This document shows positions 10,734 through 21,893 of a DNA stretch of 64,000 nucleotides, piece after piece. How positions within the stretch are numbered: the stretch's first letter is position 1; each line of letters starts with the position of its first letter. The notes beneath the pieces were generated by a model, which made no database searches, was not told the origin of the DNA, and saw only the letters and a list, made by a program, of their open reading frames with translations. The position numbers were made by a program, and so were the translations under genes. The stretch comes from Candidatus Latescibacterota bacterium (GTDB lineage Bacteria; Latescibacterota; UBA2968): positions 1,504,001 to 1,568,000 of the forward strand of contig OZ240241.1 in NCBI GenBank assembly GCA_965198115.1, read 5' to 3'.

Positions 10734-11931
10734 ATGCCTCGAACGATCGATCTGGCCATCATCGGGTGCGGTGGCATCGCAGGCGCTCACCTTCGACGGT
10801 ATCGCGAACTGCGGGCAGCAGGAGAAACTCGATTCAGGATCGTCGCCACCGTCGACGAGGCCCTGCCTCGTGCACGTGCGTTCGCCGACGACATCGCGAC
10901 GGAAACAGGCTGGGAGGTCCGCGCCTACAGGTCAGTAGCAGATCTCCTCGATGCCGGACGCACGATCGATGGAGTCGACATCTGCGGTCCGCACGGTCTG
11001 CATCACGTCCTCGCGTGCGAACTCCTGAACGGCGGCGTCAACATCCTCTGCGAAAAGCCGATCGGTATTACCGTCAAAGCAACCAAGAAGATCATCGCGA
11101 CGGCAAGGAGGAAAGGACTGATCGCCGCCAACGCCGAGCAGTGCAGACGCAGCATCGGCCAGCGGACTATTCACTGGGCCTTCAATCGAAGCGGCCTTCT
11201 CGGTGAACCCAGACTCTGGCTCGCCGCCCGATATGGGTGGCAAGATCCCGCGGACATTCCAGCGTGGCATTGGCGGATTGATCGAAAGCTCGGCGGGTGC
11301 GGGATGGCCATGGACAGTGGGGCTCACTGGGTCGACACCATGCGCTACTGGTTCGGCGACGTCGAGTCGGTTTACGCTCGCGTCGAGCAGTTCGAGAAGC
11401 GGCCGCATCGCAAGGGAGCCCGCCTCGTGGCCGATTCGCGCGAGGCTCTGGACGAGCATCTTCAATTTCAAAAACGGCGTCATCGGCACGTGGTCGTGGA
11501 CGATCAGCGCATCAGGGCGCGCGTTCACGCAGCTTTCATTAACCGGTACGAAAGGCTCGATCGTTGCCGAAGACATCTTCCACCCTGCCGCCTCTGGACC
11601 CCGAGGAGAGGCCAATTTGATCGATGGCACTTCCTACAGCATCGAGAAGCTACAGCAGATGTTCATCGAGGATATCAGCGCCCGCGAACGAAACCGGCTG
11701 TTCCCCCACGGTCTCACCAATGGCATGGCCATCGAACTCTGGGACTTCGTCGACGCGCTCGCGAAGGGGCGAAACGTCGAGATCGACGCCGAGGAGGGGC
11801 TCAAAAGCAAAGCGATCAGCGAGGCCATCTACGAATCGGGCAAGTCCGGGAAAGTCGTAAAAGTCGCGGACGTGATCCGGGGTAAAGTGGACGCCTACCA
11901 GCGGGACGTGGATCGGTACTGGAAGCTGTAG
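10734..11931 (+). CDS. Gfo/Idh/MocA oxidoreductase, split by a frameshift near 11445
   Basis: IIGCGGIA, CEKPI, D.GAHWVD in the first frame; C-terminal half in ORF ending at 11931. Confidence 0.85.
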
Positions 11932-11973
11932 ATCGCACATATCACGAGACTTCGCCTTCTGAAACGAACACAG

Positions 11974-12008
11974 AAAGCCCCGACTGTCCGTGGACAATCG
12001 GGGCTCTT
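11974..12008. terminator. probable bidirectional terminator between convergent genes
   Basis: hairpin agccccgactgtcc-gt-ggacaatcggggct. Confidence 0.6.
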
Positions 12009-12022
12009 CCAATGGCGTCTCG

Positions 12023-13864
12023 TCAGGATCCGGGGTGGAGCAGCGGTTCGCCCGTGTGGGCAACCAGGATGCGTTCGATCTCCGACTGAAACTCTTCCAG
12101 GGATTCGGTGATCTGGTGACGGAACTCGTCCCGCACGGCGTCGCAGTACTCGTGCGCGGCGCGCACCAGGACATCCGCGTTCTGATGAATGGCCTTCTTT
12201 TTATCGGCCAGGTTCACGAACCGATGATTCACCGCGCCCATCAGTCTGCTCGCGTATCCTTCGACGTTACGAAGGGTTTCCCGCGAACCTCCAGCAAACC
12301 GTTCGAGCTCTGCGACGGCGACTTCGAAAAATGTCTTTACCTCGTCGACGTGAAGCGCCTGCTGAGTGGTCACGATCAAGTGATGGCCTTGAACGGCCAG
12401 CCGCACGGCATCGGGCATCCGTTCCGGGCGAGTCAGGAGCGTACGCGCCAGAAACTTCCAATATTGGCCCCGGTATGAGCCAACCACACCCTGTCGCCAG
12501 ATCGAAATGAACAGAGCCCTGAATTCGGTCCAGCTCAGCGGATTCTTCGACACGGCCTTTCGCTGCATGTGGTCGAACAGTGTGGAGCAACGCTCGAAGA
12601 AGATCTCCGGACTGTTGAGCGTCTCGACCGCCTTCCGATGCTGGCTGATCAGCACGTCGGGATCCATTTTGGGTACAAAACTCAGCTGACGACTGAAGAC
12701 CCCGGAATCGCCCGTGTATTTCGCCCCTTCCACCAACCTTCCCGCCCGGGAGAATCGCTTGTAGTCCGGCGTATCTCTCAAAACGCCGAGAATCCCCACC
12801 ATCGCAACCGGAATACCGGCTGCCTGGATGAACGCGATCATTCGATCGCCAATATCCTCGGGGTCGGTGTCCAATCCCATGATGAATCCGGCCTGGACTT
12901 CGAACCCGAAGGTCTGCAGCTTCACAACCTTGTCGAGCAGGGGCGTGTCGCCCTGAAGGTTTTTTCTGGCTCCCATGAACTTCAGACTCTCCTCGACCGG
13001 TGACTCGATACCGGCGAAGACCTTGTCGAAGCCCGCGGACCACATGGCCTCGAGCAGAGGTTCATCATCGCTCAGGCGAATGCTCGCTTGCGTGTGGAAC
13101 TGGAAGGGGTAGTCGCGTGCCCTCTGCCACGGACCTACTTCTTCTTCCAACGCAACGCGGATCGCATCGGCGTTGCCGACAAAATTATCGTCGACCGCCA
13201 TGACCGAACCTCGCCAACCCGAATCGTAAAGCGCTTCGAGCTCCTCTACCATCCGACTCTTCGCCTTAATGCGCGTCGTCTTACCGTAGAGCGAGGGGAT
13301 GTTGCAGAACGTACAGCTTTCGGGACAACCGCGCGTGATCTGCACGACCATCGCACTGTAGTCCTTATAGTCGATCAGATCCCATCGTGGAATCGGTGTC
13401 GTGGAGAGGTCCTGGAACTGACCGCGGCGGTCGATCGTCCCTCGTTCGACGGCTTCTGGATGTGCGACCATCCGATCGACGATGTCGACGAACCCGTTCT
13501 CCGCCTCTCCGAGGTAGAAAACGGCCTCGCCCTCGATCTCGTCGTAATACTGCGTGGGTAACGGACCTCCGTTCAGCACCGGCACACTCCGGGCGTTGCA
13601 TCGAGCGATGACCTCTTCCAGAGACGGCCAATGGATGATCATCGACGAGGTGATCACAACATCCGACCACGCCAGGTCTTCATCGGTCAAAGGGGTAACG
13701 TTCATGTCGAGCACACGCAGGTCATACCGGTCGGGCATCATCCCGGCAATCGTAAGCAGCCCGAGTGGTGGAAACGCGTTCTTCTTTCCGATCATCTTCA
13801 GCGCTTCATCGAAGCTCCAGAAGGTGATCGGATTCTTCGGGCTGACCAGCAATGCGTTCGGCAT
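12023..13864 (-). CDS. B12-binding domain radical SAM protein (DUF4070-type) with C-terminal extension
   Basis: PPLGLLT, GGP, RGCPESCTFC (CxxxCxxC), DDNF, GIES. Confidence 0.9.
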   Translation of the reverse strand: MPNALLVSPKNPITFWSFDEALKMIGKKNAFPPLGLLTIAGMMPDRYDLRVLDMNVTPLTDEDLAWSDVVITSSMIIHWPSLEEVIARCNARSVPVLNGGPLPTQYYDEIEGEAVFYLGEAENGFVDIVDRMVAHPEAVERGTIDRRGQFQDLSTTPIPRWDLIDYKDYSAMVVQITRGCPESCTFCNIPSLYGKTTRIKAKSRMVEELEALYDSGWRGSVMAVDDNFVGNADAIRVALEEEVGPWQRARDYPFQFHTQASIRLSDDEPLLEAMWSAGFDKVFAGIESPVEESLKFMGARKNLQGDTPLLDKVVKLQTFGFEVQAGFIMGLDTDPEDIGDRMIAFIQAAGIPVAMVGILGVLRDTPDYKRFSRAGRLVEGAKYTGDSGVFSRQLSFVPKMDPDVLISQHRKAVETLNSPEIFFERCSTLFDHMQRKAVSKNPLSWTEFRALFISIWRQGVVGSYRGQYWKFLARTLLTRPERMPDAVRLAVQGHHLIVTTQQALHVDEVKTFFEVAVAELERFAGGSRETLRNVEGYASRLMGAVNHRFVNLADKKKAIHQNADVLVRAAHEYCDAVRDEFRHQITESLEEFQSEIERILVAHTGEPLLHPGS

Positions 13865-13884
13865 GGCTTCCTCTTCGCCCTTCC

Positions 13885-14169
13885 CTATGCTCCGTAAACC
13901 TGGTGTCGGGGAGGACCGGCTAAAACCTGCTCCTTGCCCCAATTAGTTACCCGAGCAAACTGCTCGGACCCGATGAATGCATTGAACGCGGTCACGTCAT
14001 TCCATTCCGACACGATCAGATACGATCGGGTCTGGTTGACGTCTTCGTAAAGATGGGACACGAGATGCCCCTCGATATCCATCATAACTTCCAAAACGCT
14101 CTTGAACGCCCGTTCGAAAACCTCGCCCTTACCCTCCAAAACCTCATAATTCATGCCAATCGTCACCAT
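13885..14169 (-). CDS. antibiotic biosynthesis monooxygenase (ABM/IsdG-like) protein
   Basis: 94 aa; MNYEV.EGK...FE..F, YLIVSEW, F..F..S..F pattern. Confidence 0.8.
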   Translation of the reverse strand: MVTIGMNYEVLEGKGEVFERAFKSVLEVMMDIEGHLVSHLYEDVNQTRSYLIVSEWNDVTAFNAFIGSEQFARVTNWGKEQVLAGPPRHQVYGA

Positions 14170-14325
14170 CTGGTATCTGACCCCGGTCTGTCGTGCGCAA
14201 AGATTGAGGAATATAAGTGGATTATTCGTTCCGTTAAAGCGAATTGTTCGCTCAGAATCCCTTGACTTTGGATAGAGGAGGCGGCATCATCGCACCACTG
14301 TAAAGCCACCGTCAAAGGAAGCCTC

Positions 14326-16574
14326 GTGCAGTCAATCATGTTCACAAACACCTCGAAGGCCGAGACCCCGGCGGCATCATCGACGCGCTTAAATCGGTCG
14401 GTGTGGAGGGCGCCGATCTATGCGTCCGGGACGGATACCCCGTGAACCCGGCGAATATCGCGATCGCACTCCCCGATGCGGCCCGTCGTTTTGCCGATGA
14501 GGGCCTCTCCATTCCACTCGTGACCGCCCCCGGTGACTTCAACCGTCCCGACATCGACTATGCCGAAGCCTACTTCGCAGCGTGCGGGGAGGCGGGCGTG
14601 GGACACATCAAGCTCGGCTACTGGCACTGGTCCGCCGACAAACACTACTGGACCCACCTGGATGAAATCCGCGGCTTCGTCGAGGGATTCCAAAAGCTGT
14701 CTGCCGCAACAGGCGTCAAGACCGTCGTCCACAACCACTCCGGCAAGTTCATGGGGCTTCACTCCTGCGCGGCCATGAACGTCGTCAAGGATTTCGACCC
14801 GGTTCACGTGGGTGTCTTCGCCGACACCGGGCACCTGTCAGTGTGTGGAGAGCCGATCGAAATGGCACTCGATATCGTGCGGGACTACCTGAGCGTCATG
14901 GCATTCAAGGACCTCATCAGGCAGCGTCCACTCGGACGAAACGTGCAGGGCAATCCGTCGGGAGGGGTGATGCGACTCGGGCAGGGGTTCGTCGACTGGC
15001 CAGCGGCCATTCAAGCCATTCGGACGATCGGGTTCGACGGACCCGTCAGCTTCCACAGCGAATACTCTGGCGAAACGGTTGAAACAGTAATCGACCTCGC
15101 CCGCGCCGACGTGCGTTTTTATGGCTATATCCGGATCTCTCAACGAGATGAAGTGGGTGAAGGTGCCGTGGTTCCTGGCATGGGGGCGCGGTTAGCGTGT
15201 GCGGAACCTCTTCGGAATCTGCTCAGGGATGTTTATGTCTCCGACGGTAAGGAAGATCATATCGTTGAATGCGTCGAGTGTGCGGAATCCGCTGGCTCGG
15301 TTCTTGACGATTTGGACGATTCGGTTGAGGCCTTCGGCGATGGCGTTGGTAAGACGCGTGTTCACGAATGCGAGGACGCCGAAGAAGTGCTGTCGCAGGG
15401 TCCTGACGAACTTTCGCAGGGGTTCACGTCGACTTCTGAGTGCGGACGTCGTCCAGCATTTCAGGAAGCGTTCGGCAGCCCAGGGCGCTTTGTATTCCCA
15501 GAACTGCTCGAACTCGTCCTTGAGTCTCCAGGCTCTATAGATTCGGTAGTTCGCCTTCTCCAGTGCTTTGAGTGTCCGAGTATCCCCTCTGGAGCGTGTC
15601 GCTGAGTGCCGGTAGAGGAGCCATCGGAGGCCCTTCATGGCTTTGCGCTCATCCGGGGCAGCTTTACGCCACTGGTCCTTACGGACCTCGTCAACGGCGG
15701 CATTGAGAGCCTTGACGATGTGAAAGCGATCGAGGACCAGCTTGGCATTCGGACAGTGTTCCTGGATGGCTCCGATGTAAGCTTCGCTCATGTCGCAGCA
15801 GGCCCACTCGATCTTGGATCTCTGGTAGGGACTGAGAGCCTCTGTGAAGAACCGATCGATCGTTTTACGCGCCCTGCCGCGGCCAACCCACACCACGCAG
15901 GAGCGGTCCAGATCGTAAACGAGCGTGGCGTACCTGTGACGCTTGGCGTAGGAGATCTCGTCGATCCCGATGGTTTTGAGCCCTCGGATACGATGACCTT
16001 CACGAAGCCGCGTGATGGATCGGTGAAGGAGATCCGACAGCGTCGAGGCAGAGATGCGCAGTAACTCGGACGCCGCCTTCTGCGTCATGGTCTGGCAGTA
16101 GCGCAACATGGCATACTCGAAGCGATACGTCACCCGAGAGAACCGCTCCGCCCACGGAATCTCCTCGACCACACGACCGTGGGTAGGACACCGAATCTCC
16201 CGAGGATGGTAGAGAAGCCAGACCCTCCACCCGCACACCGGAATGTCACGCCACCGACGCGGATGGGGCATTGTGCGGACGATTTTACCTCGACGGCCGC
16301 ACTCCGGACAACAACAACCATTCTTATGTGGCTTTACGGCGATGACGAAACAGCTTCTCCCCTCAAACCACCAGCTGACAACACGGAACCCCTTGAATCT
16401 CAGCAGTTTCGATAGTAATCTGCTCCCGGTCATAGGTCGCACCCCCTTCGCTTTGATTGTCCTACACACACAACCAAGCGTAGGGAACGATCTATGACCT
16501 TGTCATTCTATAGTTTCACCGTTGAGAAACCCGGATAGAGCCGTTTTTTTACCGACCTCTGGAACGAAATCTGA
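14326..16574 (+). pseudogene. sugar phosphate isomerase/epimerase interrupted near its 3' end by ISL3 copy 2
   Basis: GADLCVRDG, HNHSG, DTGH, FKD, HSEY; removing the IS gives ...DVRFFTDLWNEI*; also a 1-nt A-run frameshift near 14347. Confidence 0.8.
15123..16542 (-). mobile_element. ISL3-family IS copy 2 (intact transposase ORF ending 15192)
   Basis: same IRs; flanks gtttttat / gttttttt (7/8 TSD). Confidence 0.95.
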
Positions 16575-16587
16575 CCACGGAGGAACC

Positions 16588-17619
16588 ATGGCCAAAGCGA
16601 AAAAAGCCAAGAAGACCAAGAAGGCCAAGAAGACCGCACCTGCCCCTGTCAGGAAACTACGCGTCGCCTTCATCGGGGCCGGTAACCGAGCTTTGAGCGC
16701 GCACTATCCGTCGATTCGCGAAATGCGAGACGCCGAGATCTGCGCCGTCGCCGAGCTCAACGAGGAACGGCTCGAACGCGTCACGAAGCAATATCGCATC
16801 AAGGGCGCCTACACCAATTACATCAGGATGATCGAACAGGAGCGCCCTGACGTCGTCTATGCGATCATGCCTGCCCATCATCTCTACGACACGGCTGCCA
16901 CAGCGATGGACATGGGATGTAATCTCATCGTCGAGAAGCCGCCATCGGTTACGGCAGAGCAGACGCGACAGATGGCCATCATCGCCCGCAGGCGCAAGGT
17001 CGTCACGGGCGTGACCACACAGCGTCGATTCGCGCCAGTCATTCGCACCGGCAAGGAAGCGTGTGAGGCCGTAGGACCCGTGCACACCGCCGAAGCGGCT
17101 TTCGTCAAGTACACGCCTCCAGGCGCCGGCGGGACCTATCGAGGAGCCGTCGACCTCCTCACTGTGGACGGCATCCACGCCGTCGACACGCTGCGCTACC
17201 TCTGCGGAGGCGAAGTCGTCAGTGTGGCCAGCGACGTCCGCCGTGTCGGGGCCGAGCACCAGACCCTCTTCCTCGCGTTGGTGCGTTTCAGCTCGGGTGC
17301 GACGGGGTTCCTCAAATTCGGCTACAAGATGGGACGCCGGATCTTCTCCGTCGAAGCGCACAGCGAAGGCATCTCCTTCTACGGGGATCCGGAAGAAGGG
17401 GGAAGATTGTTCACCGAAGGCAAAGTCGAACCGTCAAAACTCCTGGACGCCCACAAACTCAGCCGGAGCCAGAAATCGCATCGCGCCTACGGTGCTTTCG
17501 CGATGAACCGTCACTTCCTCGAGTGTGTCCGCGAGGGGCGACAGCCTGAAACCAGTTTCGAAGACGCGCTCAAGACGATGGAACTCGTCGAGGCCATTCT
17601 CCACCACGCGCAGATCTAG
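16588..17619 (+). CDS. Gfo/Idh/MocA oxidoreductase with Lys-rich N-terminal extension
   Basis: FIGAG, VEKPP, DGIHAVD; GGAGG before ATG 16588. Confidence 0.9.
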   Translation: MAKAKKAKKTKKAKKTAPAPVRKLRVAFIGAGNRALSAHYPSIREMRDAEICAVAELNEERLERVTKQYRIKGAYTNYIRMIEQERPDVVYAIMPAHHLYDTAATAMDMGCNLIVEKPPSVTAEQTRQMAIIARRRKVVTGVTTQRRFAPVIRTGKEACEAVGPVHTAEAAFVKYTPPGAGGTYRGAVDLLTVDGIHAVDTLRYLCGGEVVSVASDVRRVGAEHQTLFLALVRFSSGATGFLKFGYKMGRRIFSVEAHSEGISFYGDPEEGGRLFTEGKVEPSKLLDAHKLSRSQKSHRAYGAFAMNRHFLECVREGRQPETSFEDALKTMELVEAILHHAQI

Positions 17620-17622
17620 CCA

Positions 17623-17781
17623 GGGTAGGTGCGGCCGAGTCTGTACCAAGCGGAATCGCGGTGGAGCGGTCTCCCGACCGCGAACTGGGAGCAGGCGAGC
17701 AGACGTGGCTTTGGCATGCGGCCATCTTCTTAGGGTAGGAGCGGCCGGATCCTGTCCCGAGCGGAGTCGAGGGAGGCCGCG
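17623..17781. repeat. GTAG-type REP-like palindromic repeats
   Basis: agggtaggtgcggccg / agggtaggagcggccg repeated; gtggagcggtctcccgaccgcga hairpin. Confidence 0.45.
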
Positions 17782-17813
17782 AAAAAGGCACTTATCGTCA
17801 ACGGATAGAGCAA

Positions 17814-18677
17814 ATGCTAAGTTCTGACCTACGGGACGCGTTTCTCAACGACGGTTACTTGATCATCGACGAGGCGTTCCCGCCAGAGGACCTCAACGGC
17901 CTGATCGCGGAGTTCGACGCGACGGTCGAGACAAACGCACGGGACGCGGTAGCGGCTGGTCTGATCGAGGAGACATTCCCGGACAAAGCCTTCCCGACCC
18001 GGCTGGCGCGCATTGTCGAGGCGGCATCGGACCGAACGGCGGCAGACGAGATCGACGGTGTCCTCTTCCGCGCTTTGAGGGGCAAGCTCCGCTCCCCCGC
18101 TATGTTCGGCGTCCTCACCCACCCCGTACTGCTCGACATCGTCGAATCCATCATCGGTAGCGAGATTCTCGCCCATCCCCAATTCAACGTGCGCGCGAAG
18201 CTCCCTGCACAGGACAGGACCGTCGTCCCGTGGCACCAGGATCTGGGCTATCTGCAGGAGGACGCGGCCGACACGATGATGGTCAACATCTGGCTTCCGC
18301 TCGTCGACGCCACGCAAGAAAACGGCTGCCTCGAGGTCATCTCGGGCAGCCATCTTCAGCTGATCGACCATACACACGGTCTCGGCCCGGCCGGCAATTT
18401 CAAGGGCCTCACGGAAGAGGACCTCCCATCGGGCGAGCGAGTACCTTGCCCCGTGCCAAAAGGCGGCGTATTGCTCGTCCAGCATCGCACCATTCACCGC
18501 TCTCTCAACAACGTGTCCGACCACATCCGTTGGAGCCTCGACATCCGCTACAGCGATCCGGACATGCCCACGGGTCGCCACGGCGTGCCCGGGTTCATCG
18601 CCCGCAGCGCCAAGAATCCCGACCGGGTCGCCCGATCGCTCGCCGACTGGAACGCCCTGTTCGAAAAGGTCGGATAG
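17814..18677 (+). CDS. phytanoyl-CoA dioxygenase (PhyH) family Fe/2OG dioxygenase
   Basis: PWHQD, WLPL.DA..ENGCL..ISGSH, IHRS..N.SD..RWS.D.RY. Confidence 0.9.
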   Translation: MLSSDLRDAFLNDGYLIIDEAFPPEDLNGLIAEFDATVETNARDAVAAGLIEETFPDKAFPTRLARIVEAASDRTAADEIDGVLFRALRGKLRSPAMFGVLTHPVLLDIVESIIGSEILAHPQFNVRAKLPAQDRTVVPWHQDLGYLQEDAADTMMVNIWLPLVDATQENGCLEVISGSHLQLIDHTHGLGPAGNFKGLTEEDLPSGERVPCPVPKGGVLLVQHRTIHRSLNNVSDHIRWSLDIRYSDPDMPTGRHGVPGFIARSAKNPDRVARSLADWNALFEKVG

Positions 18678-18682
18678 CCAGC

Positions 18683-18780
18683 AGCGCCCCCGGGCTGAGC
18701 GCAGGGGCGAGCGAGCGCGTTTAACATTCCTATTAAAGATTATGTGTTGCGCTCGCCCCTGTGTTTAGCACAGGGACGCT
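18683..18780. repeat. inverted pair of 31-bp palindromic units (REP doublet) between convergent genes
   Basis: 18683-18713 versus reverse complement of 18750-18780: 25/31 identical; AT-rich spacer. Confidence 0.65.
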
Positions 18781-19779
18781 TTAGCTCCCCGACATCTCCC
18801 TCGCCAGCTCAAAGAACCCCTTCTTCGTCTTCGTATTCAGTCTCCACTCTACGGGCACGGACTGGTAGCCGTCTCGATAATTGTTCTCTCCCGGATCGAA
18901 GAACCCCCACGAAGCGTAGCGTGAGACTGCGGCCACGAAGTTGTTCCACGGACGATCGAAGTTGAAGTGATCGTCCTCGTTGAACATGATGGGCTTCGGT
19001 GTGTAGCCGGCCACGTGACGAGTCTTCTCCACCATTTCCAAAATGAAGTCCGGGTCCTTGACGCCGTTCCCGTGCAAGAGCAGGAAATCTCCCGATCGGA
19101 CGACGTTCTCCAACGGAATGAATCGCCCGCCGTAACTCGTCGACACCAACGACGTCCGCCGTGGGTCATGGCTTTCGCCCGATCGATCAACTCGTGCACG
19201 CGATCGGGCTTCAGGATCTCGTGATCGAACTTTTTCACGTTGCATTCGTTGTTCACTTCCAACATTACGTGACCCTAGCCCTGTCGAACACCCACCCCAC
19301 GGTATTCTCGACCGCCTTGATCTTCATCCTCTAGCCGTTCATCCTGGCCGAAGTAAAAGCACCCCAGGATGGCCACCATCCTCAGTTCGTCCATCCGGTC
19401 CAGGACTCGCTTCATCCGATCCGCGTAGCCGGTTTGATCTCCCCCTTCGGTGTGCAACCGCTGTTTTCCCACGGCTGCTCCTTGCTGTAGCCTTCGGGGC
19501 TTCCTCCCTGGAAGTTCATCGTCAGTCCCAACACGCCGTGATCCCGATAGGTCGGCAATGCCGCAATGAACTCACTCACATTTCGCTCGGCATCCCATTC
19601 GCCCGTGTCGGGATAGGCCCACCGATGGACAGTCTCGGGGTTGGTGTCGTCGAACGTGGCCTGGATCATCCGGCTGTTCAGGAGCAGCCCTCGATCGGGT
19701 GGTCCCGCCAGACCCGGCCTTTATAGGTCACCTCTCCGTCGATATAAACCTTGTCGTCCTGGATTGCGACTGTCGTCAC
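18781..19779 (-). pseudogene. conserved hypothetical (possibly glycoside-hydrolase-like barrel) with several frameshifts
   Basis: consecutive fragments in different frames: GLLLNSRMIQATFDD, NFQGGSPEGYS, FYFGQDERL, EVNNEC, LLHGNG, FNEDDH, SWGFFD. Confidence 0.6.
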
Positions 19780-21893
19780 GTGTCTGCTCCTGTCATCGCG
19801 GCCTTCACCCGGTCCGGCGTAAACGGAATCTCCCTCAGCCTCACTCCGACGGCATCGTAGACGGCGTTGGCGATCGCTGCCGGCGTCGGTCCCTGCGTCG
19901 CCTCGCCGCAGCCCAGACTCGCCTCTCCCGGCCGGTCGATCAACACCGTCTCGACTTCGGGTGCCTCCACGAACGAAAGCACAGGATACGTTTCCCAGTC
20001 CACGCTCGACACGCCCTCGCGACCGAATTCGACAGACTCCTTTAGCGTCCAGCTCGTTGCCTGAACCACACCCCCCTCGAGCTGATTGGCCAATCCGTCA
20101 GGATTGATGATCTGTCCGGCGTCACCCGCAATCGTCACGCGCTCGACGGTGATCACCCCTTCCGTGTCGACCTCCACATCGGCCACGACAGCGACATACG
20201 CCTTCTCATTCTTGTATCGCGCGAACGCGATGCCTCGCCCGCGACGACCTGGACGTGCGGAATCCCACCCGGATCGCTCGACGGCAGCCCGAATGACAGC
20301 GTGGCCCCGCTCGTCATCGAGATGGTCCAGCCTGAACGCCACGGGGTCCTTTCCCGCAGCTACCGACAACTCGTCCATGAACGATTCGATGGCGAACACA
20401 TTCGCGAAAGACCCGAGCCCTCTCAGGGCAGACACACGCATCGGACTGTCCTTCACGAAATGCTTCACGATCCGCTTCCTCGCGAAGGCGTAGTAGGGAT
20501 CGGCATTCCGATGGATACCTCCGTGGGAACCGCCGCCGGGTCTTGGATCCGGAGGCAATATCGGGTTCGGCAGGTGACGAGCGGCAAGCAGCGTGGAGTA
20601 GCCGGGCAAGCGCCGGGGCCGGCCGCTGTGCGTGTAGCTGTAGACATCGTGGTTCCAGTCGATGATGCGTCCATCCCCGTCCAGGCTACCCCGATTCTGG
20701 ACGACGGCGCAGGATCCATACGGCTCCCAACGATGCTCGTCTTCGCGCATCCACTTCACCATCACCGGACGACCCTGAGTGACACGGGCCAGGAGTGCGG
20801 CATCGAGCGCAACATCGTCTGCCCCGTTGTGACCGTAGCACCCCGATCCTTCGACGTGTGTGACCCGCACACGATCCTCCGACATCTCCAGCACGTCGGC
20901 CAACGCTCCTCTCAACGACCACGGCCCCTGACTGTGTGACCAGACACGCAGCCCGTCCTTATCCAGACACGCCACGGCTGCCGACGGCCCGAGAGACCCG
21001 TGCATCTGGTAGGGCCGGGTGTAGGTGGCCGTCAGCGTCGACTCGGCTTCCTCGGGATCCTCGACGAGAGGAACCGGATCATCCGTCGGCGTGCCGTCCA
21101 GGATCAGCAGGTCTGTCGAGGGTTGCTTGAGGAGGTGGTCGTAGATGTCCCGACTATCGAGCCTCGTCTCCCTCGTCCGCCACCGAACCTCGCTCCGTAG
21201 CACGTCGATTGCGGCGACCGCGTGCTCCTCGCGCTCGGCTACGAGGCCGATGAAACCGCCCTCCACCACGACGGACAGCACCCCGGGTAACCCGGCAGCC
21301 GCACCCCGATCGATGCCCTCGAGCGTCGCATCGCGGGTCGGTGGCCGCAGCACCCTGCCGTGAACCATATCCGGCAAGGACAAATCATGGACGAACGACG
21401 GCAAGCCGAAGACCTTGTCTCTGATGTCCCGGCGCCCGACCGGCTGACCGATCAACGAGTAGCGGTCGGTTGGTTTCGTCGCAACGCGATCCGGAATCTC
21501 ACCCTCCAGTGCCGCTTCGCCAGCCAGATCGCCATTCGCCAGCTCCTTTCGGCCCCGGTGGTCCCGAATGACGCCATCGACCACCTCCAGATCCGCAGGC
21601 ACCAGATTCCAGCGCTCCGCCGCCGCTTTCACCACGAGACGCCGCGACTCTGCCGCGGCCCTTCGCACCGTGTCCCCGAGACCCTGGATCGAATTGCTAC
21701 CCGCCGTCGTCGACCCGCTTCGTGTGCGGGCAGTATCAGCGGCCAGTACGTCGATGCTCTCTAACGGTACATCCAGCTCCTCAGCCGCGATCTGAGCGAT
21801 GGCCGTCGTCACGCCCTGGCCGATTTCTACCTTGCTCATGTAGAGATCGACACGTCCATCGTCCCTCAGTCTGATGACGGATTTCAACTTCAC
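19776..21893 (-). CDS. xanthine dehydrogenase family molybdopterin-binding subunit (isoquinoline/nicotinate oxidoreductase-like)
   Basis: KVEIGQG, TAGS.S, GSGCYGHNG, LRGLG..N.FA.ESF.DE, QLEGG, GEA motifs. Confidence 0.9.
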   Translation of the reverse strand: MKLKSVIRLRDDGRVDLYMSKVEIGQGVTTAIAQIAAEELDVPLESIDVLAADTARTRSGSTTAGSNSIQGLGDTVRRAAAESRRLVVKAAAERWNLVPADLEVVDGVIRDHRGRKELANGDLAGEAALEGEIPDRVATKPTDRYSLIGQPVGRRDIRDKVFGLPSFVHDLSLPDMVHGRVLRPPTRDATLEGIDRGAAAGLPGVLSVVVEGGFIGLVAEREEHAVAAIDVLRSEVRWRTRETRLDSRDIYDHLLKQPSTDLLILDGTPTDDPVPLVEDPEEAESTLTATYTRPYQMHGSLGPSAAVACLDKDGLRVWSHSQGPWSLRGALADVLEMSEDRVRVTHVEGSGCYGHNGADDVALDAALLARVTQGRPVMVKWMREDEHRWEPYGSCAVVQNRGSLDGDGRIIDWNHDVYSYTHSGRPRRLPGYSTLLAARHLPNPILPPDPRPGGGSHGGIHRNADPYYAFARKRIVKHFVKDSPMRVSALRGLGSFANVFAIESFMDELSVAAGKDPVAFRLDHLDDERGHAVIRAAVERSGWDSARPGRRGRGIAFARYKNEKAYVAVVADVEVDTEGVITVERVTIAGDAGQIINPDGLANQLEGGVVQATSWTLKESVEFGREGVSSVDWETYPVLSFVEAPEVETVLIDRPGEASLGCGEATQGPTPAAIANAVYDAVGVRLREIPFTPDRVKAAMTGADT

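Noticed and set aside
14403-15605. 400-aa fusion protein
   Set aside because: Read-through of the interrupted isomerase into the antisense strand of ISL3
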